Below are positions 36,138 to 44,006 of a stretch of DNA of 44,006 bases, one piece after another. This stretch comes from an uncultured Phycisphaeraceae bacterium. GTDB lineage: Bacteria; Planctomycetota; B15-G4; JADJEK01. Where the stretch lies: contig CAZOLL010000002.1 in assembly GCA_964580365.1 (NCBI GenBank), positions 1 to 44,006 of the forward strand, given 5' to 3'. A program made the position numbers and the translations under genes. The notes beneath the pieces are model-generated. The model was not told where the DNA came from and ran no database searches. It saw only the letters and a list, made by a program, of their open reading frames with translations. The first letter of the stretch is position 1. Each line of letters starts with the position of its first letter.

Positions 36138-37811
36138 TCACGGATCGAGATCGAGTCGCACCGGATTGCTCGCGAAGCCGGCGTCGGGCAGCACGAACGC
36201 GTGGTGAAGCGTGAGGCCCGCGAGGCTCGGCAATCCGTTCGGCGGCAAGACCAGTTGCGCGCTCGCAGCGCCCGCGGCGTCGAGCCTGCCGACGAAGCCG
36301 TGGAACGGCCCGCCGTTCAAGCCGCCGACCGAGGCGAGGAAGTAGGAGTCGACGTTCAAGGGCAGCGTGAACGACCCGGCGGAGACTCCGGGCACGGTGC
36401 CCGAGAGCGAGCCGAGCAGCAGGTAGTTCGCGCCGGCATTCGAGGATCCCGCGTCGAGTGCGAACGACTGCGTCCCGCCCTGTGCGATGCTGACGCGAGT
36501 CGAGTCGGCGGCGAGCGGCGGCTTCACGAAGGCGACGTTGTCGCAGCCCATCATGTCGATGCGGAACAGCAGGAACTCGCCGTGGTTGAAGCCCGGCTTG
36601 AACGGCGCGGTCGTGCTGATCTGCGCGCCCGAGTCGTACCAGACCCACTGCGCCGTAGTGCTGAGCGGCATCGTGCCCCACGGAAGGAACCACGGACCGC
36701 CGGTCGCGCTTCCGTTCGCGGGGCCGACGGTGGTCGGGAAGTAGCTGCCCGGTGTCGACTTCGCGACGATCGCGTTGCGCACGGTCAGCGCGCTCGGCCC
36801 CGTCGCAGTGTCGAGGTTGTTTCCGCACGGCGCCACCTGCCACTGCGGACTACCGCTCATGATCGGGACGCCGTTCACCGTGATGTCGTGCAGGAGTCCC
36901 TGCGCGACGCCGTCGTCGCTCCACGCGACGATGTAGAGGTACCGGTCCTTCGTGACGTAGTCGAAGCCGAGCACCGTGGGGTACGTGGTGCCGCCGTAGT
37001 AGTGGAGCACGCCGGCGTTCGTCTCCTGATCGATCGTGTAGAGCCCGTAGAAGTTGTCGGCGACCGCGATGCCCGTGAAGTGGTGCCGCGTCGCGCTCGC
37101 CGGGGCGCGGAAGATCAGGTACTCGTCGTGGTCGAAGCCGTCTCGGAACGGGTGGCCCGCGGTCGCGTCGTTGCCGCTCTCGTGCCAGGTCCATCGCGCT
37201 TGAGCGCTGATCGGCCCGCGATATCCCCAGAACGCAGCACTCGTGTTGAACGGCCCCACGGCGGGCGCGTGCCACGTCGGGTTCGTCGTGCCGACGTTCG
37301 CGTTGGCGATCTGGATCTGTGCGGCGATCGACGCCGCGCTCGGCGTGCCGCCGCAACCGGTCGCCGTCTGCCCCGTCGCGAACACCTCCCATCCCGCGGA
37401 TCCGGAGGGCAAGAAGTCGCCGTTGATGGTGAGGTCGTGGAGCAGTCCCTGCGCGTGGTTGTGATCGCTCCAGCAGACCAGGTAGAGGAATTTGTCGGTC
37501 GTGCTGAAGTTGAACTGCGTCGAGACGGCCCAATTGCAGCTGCCGCCGCGGTCGGTGAGGGTCATCGTCGAACCCTCGCAGGTACCCGTGAACAGCCGGA
37601 AGTAGTTGTCGCACGTGACCGAGCCGGACACGCGCAACGCGTCGTCCGGACTGGACGGCACGGCGAGCGGGCCGCCCGGCGGCGGGAGCGCCGGCCCGAC
37701 CTTGGTGGGGCCACCGTGGGGGAACGCGAGCGGGCACAGCCAGAGGACCAACGCGAGACTGCCGGCGAGCGGCCGGCGCGCGAATGACGAGAGGACAGTC
37801 GGACGTTTCAT
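36138..37811 (-). CDS. secreted protein with two tandem copies of an unrecognised domain of about 175 aa plus a C-terminal beta-rich domain
   Basis: The ATG at 37811 (MKRPTVLSS...) is preceded by AGGGAAG; the GTG at 37835 is an alternative. Signal peptide LAGSLALVLWLCPLAFP. Internal repeat pairs: DNYFRLFTG...DKFLYLVCWSDHNHAQGLLHDLTINGDFLPSGSAGWEV...HDEYLIFR versus DNFYGLYTI...DRYLYIVAWSDDGVAQGLLHDITVNGVPIMSGSPQWQV...NHGEFLLFR. Confidence 0.7.
   Translation of the reverse strand: MKRPTVLSSFARRPLAGSLALVLWLCPLAFPHGGPTKVGPALPPPGGPLAVPSSPDDALRVSGSVTCDNYFRLFTGTCEGSTMTLTDRGGSCNWAVSTQFNFSTTDKFLYLVCWSDHNHAQGLLHDLTINGDFLPSGSAGWEVFATGQTATGCGGTPSAASIAAQIQIANANVGTTNPTWHAPAVGPFNTSAAFWGYRGPISAQARWTWHESGNDATAGHPFRDGFDHDEYLIFRAPASATRHHFTGIAVADNFYGLYTIDQETNAGVLHYYGGTTYPTVLGFDYVTKDRYLYIVAWSDDGVAQGLLHDITVNGVPIMSGSPQWQVAPCGNNLDTATGPSALTVRNAIVAKSTPGSYFPTTVGPANGSATGGPWFLPWGTMPLSTTAQWVWYDSGAQISTTAPFKPGFNHGEFLLFRIDMMGCDNVAFVKPPLAADSTRVSIAQGGTQSFALDAGSSNAGANYLLLGSLSGTVPGVSAGSFTLPLNVDSYFLASVGGLNGGPFHGFVGRLDAAGAASAQLVLPPNGLPSLAGLTLHHAFVLPDAGFASNPVRLDLDP
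36558..37076 (-). repeat. domain copy 2 of the intragenic duplication (approximately aa 254-426)
   Basis: See copy 1. The similarity is at protein level only, so the duplication is divergent and not recent. Confidence 0.7.
37104..37628 (-). repeat. domain copy 1 of the intragenic duplication (approximately aa 70-244)
   Basis: Aligned by eye with copy 2. Shared blocks are DN(Y/F)(F/Y), (F/Y)LY(L/I)V.WSD....AQGLLHD(L/I)T(I/V)NG, W.V, W.W, and (D/N)H.E(Y/F)L(I/L)FR. Confidence 0.7.
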
Positions 37812-37928
37812 GGGTCTTCCCTTTTGAAAACTCACCCGGAGACGACCTGTCCATCCGCAGTCGCGCCGACTGATTACGGGGATTTGCCAACTAGGATTCG
37901 CGGCCCGGAATCTGCGAGACCGCTGCGC

Positions 37929-38576
37929 ATGTCGTTCGAGCCCGAATCAATGCCGGATCCACACGCGATCACGACGATGCAGGTGCGACGCGCCGTCGCC
38001 GGCGACGCGGCCGGCCTCGACTGGCTCGTGCGGCATCTCTCGCCGTGGCTGCTTGCGCTCGCGCGCTACCGGCTCGGACCGTCGTTGCGCGCGCTCTACG
38101 ACCCCGAAGATCTCATCGAGGACACGTGGGTCGTCGTGCTGCGGCGGCTCCCCGACCTGCGCGAACGCAACGAACGCCTGACGCCGGTGCTGCTCAAGTT
38201 CATGAGCACGACGCTCGCCCAGCGCGCGAATCGACTGCTCGAGCGCCACGTGCTCGGCAAGCCGAACCGTGCCGATCCGCTGGACACCGCGGGGAGCGCG
38301 AGCCTCGACCGCCTCGACGACACGACGACGGGCATCGTGAGTCGCGCGATCCGCGCCGAGGAACGCGCCCAGTTGCTCGCGGCGATCGACTCGCTCGAAG
38401 AGAAGGACCGCGAAGTCCTGCTCCTGCGCGGCATCGAGCAGTCGCCTGTCGAGCTCGTCGCGACCGAGCTCGGGATCCCCGCGAACAGCGTGAACGTGCG
38501 CTACCACCGCGCGCGAAAGCGGCTCCGCGATCGGTTCCCGACTTCTGTGATGGCGGAACTGCCCGACGACGGCTGA
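37929..38576 (+). CDS. ECF (group 4) RNA polymerase sigma factor with no adjacent anti-sigma gene
   Basis: I prefer the ATG at 37929 (MSFEPES). Region 2 is DPEDLIEDTWVVVLRRLPDL. Region 4 is LEEKDREVLLLRGIEQSPVELVATELGIPANSVNVRYHRARKRL. It is divergent from the 36138..37811 gene. Confidence 0.85.
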   Translation: MSFEPESMPDPHAITTMQVRRAVAGDAAGLDWLVRHLSPWLLALARYRLGPSLRALYDPEDLIEDTWVVVLRRLPDLRERNERLTPVLLKFMSTTLAQRANRLLERHVLGKPNRADPLDTAGSASLDRLDDTTTGIVSRAIRAEERAQLLAAIDSLEEKDREVLLLRGIEQSPVELVATELGIPANSVNVRYHRARKRLRDRFPTSVMAELPDDG

Positions 38577-38583
38577 AACACGC

Positions 38584-40475
<1,892 letters not shown>

Positions 40476-40479
<4 letters not shown>

Positions 40480-41528
40480 TTCTTCGCGGCCGGCATCGCG
40501 AACTCGGCGTCGTCGATGGACGCGCCGTGTTCGACCTTCTGCACGATGCGGCGCCACGTCTGGCCGGGCGTCGACCACTGCACCACGAAGGGCACCTTCA
40601 CGCCGTTGACGTCGCGATAGTCGTCGTAGTCGATCTGTGTCGGCAGCGGGCCGAGGATCGTGCGCTCCTCGCTCGTCTGGCGCACGAGCAGTCCGGAGTC
40701 GACGTCGAAGAACAAGCGCTCGCGCGGCTCGCCGCGCTTGCTCGCCTCGACGACCCACACGTCGGTCTCCTCGTCGCCGATCACGTCCTTCCCGGCGACC
40801 CGCGCGTTCGGGTAGCGCGCCTTCAGATCGCCGAAGTCCTGGAAGCGCGCCTCGCGGCGCAGCGAGTCGGCGAATGCCTTGCCGAGGAGGTCAGTGTGCT
40901 CGCCGTCCGAGAACCACGCCTTCTCGCCGTCGCAACCCATGATGAACTTCGGCGGACCGTCGCGCGTGACGAGCATCTTGCCCGGCGCCTTCAGCTTCAC
41001 GATCTCCGGCTCGCTCACGCCGTTCTCGCCGATGTGGCTCGCGGTGACGACGCGCGTGGTCACGGCTTTCACCGCGTCGGCGCCGCCGATCGCCTTCGCG
41101 AACGCGTCGAACAGGTCGGCGGCCTGCGGAGCGTTCTGCACGCGGCCGCGTCCGCGCTCGCGATGCTCGATCTTGCCGACGGCCGGCACGGTCTCCGGGT
41201 GGTCGTGGCCGCGGTGGCAGGTCCAGCACGTGACCTCCGGCTTGCCCTCGAACGACTCCTTCTGCAGCGCGAACGTCAGCCTCAGCATGTCGCGCGCTTC
41301 GTTTTTCGTGTGGTTCTCCTCGCTCTCCCAGGTGTCGCCGTGGCAGAAGTGGCAATCGACGCCGAGCGAGCCGGACATCACGGCCATCAGCGAGTCGATC
41401 TCGGACGCGGGCACGTCCTTCAGCACCTGGATGTTCTTGTACCGCTCGGCCGCGGTCGGCTCCTTCGCGGGGGACTTGGCGTCTCCGGTGAGGACGAGCA
41501 GCGCGAGCAGGATCGACGACGAGACCAT
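40476..41528 (-). CDS. c-type cytochrome with a photosynthetic-reaction-centre cytochrome-c-subunit-like N-terminal module (2 CxxCH) and a C-terminal LolA-like beta domain
   Basis: ATG at 41528 (MVSSSILLALLVL). YKNIQVLKDVPASEIDSLMAVMSGSLGVDCHFCH matches the PRC cytochrome c signature (YKN.QVL.D....F...M..M...LGV.C.FCH). The second haem site is CWTCH. The C-terminal fold call is a guess. Confidence 0.7.
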
Positions 41529-41621
41529 GTCCACTCCAAGCGGAACGTGCGGCGGAAGGGCGGAGATTCCAACCGTTCGCGCGCGCGCTGGCACTGGCGG
41601 CGCGCGCCGGCGCGCGCGGGT

Positions 41622-42455
41622 TCAGCGCGCCGCGAGCACGAACGTCACTTTCGTGCCACGCGGCGGACAGACCGCCGGATTGACGTCGTAGAGGTAGCTC
41701 TCGACGCCCTCGGCGCTGTTCATGTCGAACAGGCAGTTCCCCGTCCCCGACAGGTAGAGCGAGATGATGTTGCCCTCGACGTCCGCGAGGTAGCGCTCGG
41801 ACTTGTCCTTGCCGATCACGATTCGAGTGAAGCGCGAGCCGACGTACACGAACGCGCGGCGCGGCAGGGAGCGATCGTTCGTCACATAGCGGATCATGTC
41901 CTCGATCGAATGGAGGTGCTCGCCCTGCTCGTCGGTCCACTTCACGCCGACGTCGACGAGCGGACCTTCCGGCGCGAGGACGTCGTACTCGCGCGCCTCG
42001 CCCGACATCAGCTTCTCGACCGGCGGCGGCGGATCCTTCTTGATGAAGCGCACCGTCTTGCCCGGCAGGAGGCCGAGCGCGAGGCACGCGGCGTTCAGCT
42101 TCGACGGTGTGCAGCGCACCATGCCGAGCGCCTCGTGCGTGAAGCCGCCCTGCGTGACGACGAGGTATTCGATCGGGTAGCCGGCGTTCATGCGGTCGAG
42201 GAGGATCACGCCGCGCATCTCGATCGTCTTGTTCGCGAAGTCGACGCGCACGCCTTCGGTCGCGAGGTCCGCGATGAGGTCCTTGATCTCGGCCGGCGCG
42301 CCTTCCGGCACCGGCAGCGCGTCGAACGCGTCCGTGTTCGGCTCGATCTGGTTCTTCGGCGGCGCTTCTTGTCGTGCCACGCGCGCGAGCAGCGGCACCG
42401 CGACCGAAGCGACGACCAGGGCCGCGAGCAGGCTGAGGCGGATCGGACGGGACAT
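41622..42455 (-). CDS. secreted YdjY-domain-like protein
   Basis: ATG at 42455 (MSRPIRLSLLAALVVASVAVPLLA). IEMRGVILLDRMNAGYPIEYLVVTQGGFTHEALGMVRCTPSKLNAACLALGL resembles the YdjY pattern (IEYL....GGK.HES......PS.L..ALL.LG). Assignment is from memory. Confidence 0.5.
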   Translation of the reverse strand: MSRPIRLSLLAALVVASVAVPLLARVARQEAPPKNQIEPNTDAFDALPVPEGAPAEIKDLIADLATEGVRVDFANKTIEMRGVILLDRMNAGYPIEYLVVTQGGFTHEALGMVRCTPSKLNAACLALGLLPGKTVRFIKKDPPPPVEKLMSGEAREYDVLAPEGPLVDVGVKWTDEQGEHLHSIEDMIRYVTNDRSLPRRAFVYVGSRFTRIVIGKDKSERYLADVEGNIISLYLSGTGNCLFDMNSAEGVESYLYDVNPAVCPPRGTKVTFVLAAR

Positions 42456-42595
42456 CGGAACTCCGGCAGACCAGCGCGGCGAAGCGGACGCCGCGCGACG
42501 AACGGCGCCCAACGATAGAGATCGCGCGGCGGTTCGGCCGCTCACGAGTCCGACGGCGACTCGATCCCCGAGGCATCGGGGGGGTCACACAAGCA

Positions 42596-42633
42596 CACCG
42601 GGCCGGCCCGCCTCGCGGCGGACCGGCCCGGTG
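42596..42633 (-). terminator. GC-rich hairpin downstream of clpC (11-bp perfect stem), a candidate intrinsic terminator without a U-tract
   Basis: caccgggccgg (42596-42606) pairs with ccggcccggtg (42623-42633). The loop cccgcctcgcggcgga can extend the stem (ccgcc/ggcgg). It lies 25 nt past the clpC stop on the minus strand. Confidence 0.45.
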
Positions 42634-42658
42634 CGTTCGTCGGGCGTTGCTCTCTTGC

Positions 42659-44006
<1,348 letters not shown>

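Overview
This is a very GC-rich bacterial chromosomal segment. Third codon positions are almost all G/C, which creates many long spurious antisense ORFs. I count about 42 credible protein genes. They are densely packed, and many are joined by 4-nt GTGA/ATGA stop-start overlaps. I recognised no rRNA, tRNA, CRISPR array, transposase, integrase or phage gene.

Housekeeping genes are clear: gyrA, ribBA, metG, the 3' part of clpC, lepB, arginase rocF, glutaryl-CoA dehydrogenase, a Ppx/GppA phosphatase, and the 5' part of an isopropylmalate/homocitrate-synthase-family gene. Between them sit envelope and signalling modules, including three separate ECF sigma factor loci:
- 4431-6761: sigma, anti-sigma and a secreted repeat protein.
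- 19714-23448: sigma, anti-sigma, a Spy-like protein and an orphan GspL/GspM-like (PilMN/PilO-like) pair.
- 32493-38576: sigma divergent from a secreted tandem-domain protein followed by a Ser/Thr kinase with TM and WD40 regions.

There is also a LemA-HtpX-ABC-M48 membrane operon (9662-15467) and a YdjY, PRC-type cytochrome c and serine hydrolase operon (38584-42455).

The most unusual locus is 25244-27373. A 532-aa secreted parallel beta-helix protein is flanked by two intact mini-ORFs of 82 and 55 aa. Each keeps only the signal peptide plus N-terminal cap and the 18-aa C-terminal tail of the large protein.

The gene content (ECF linked to STK-WD40, YdjY, PilM-like) suggests a Planctomycetota-like or Myxococcota-like organism, but the sequence alone does not establish taxonomy. 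All functional calls come from motif recognition by eye; no database search was run.
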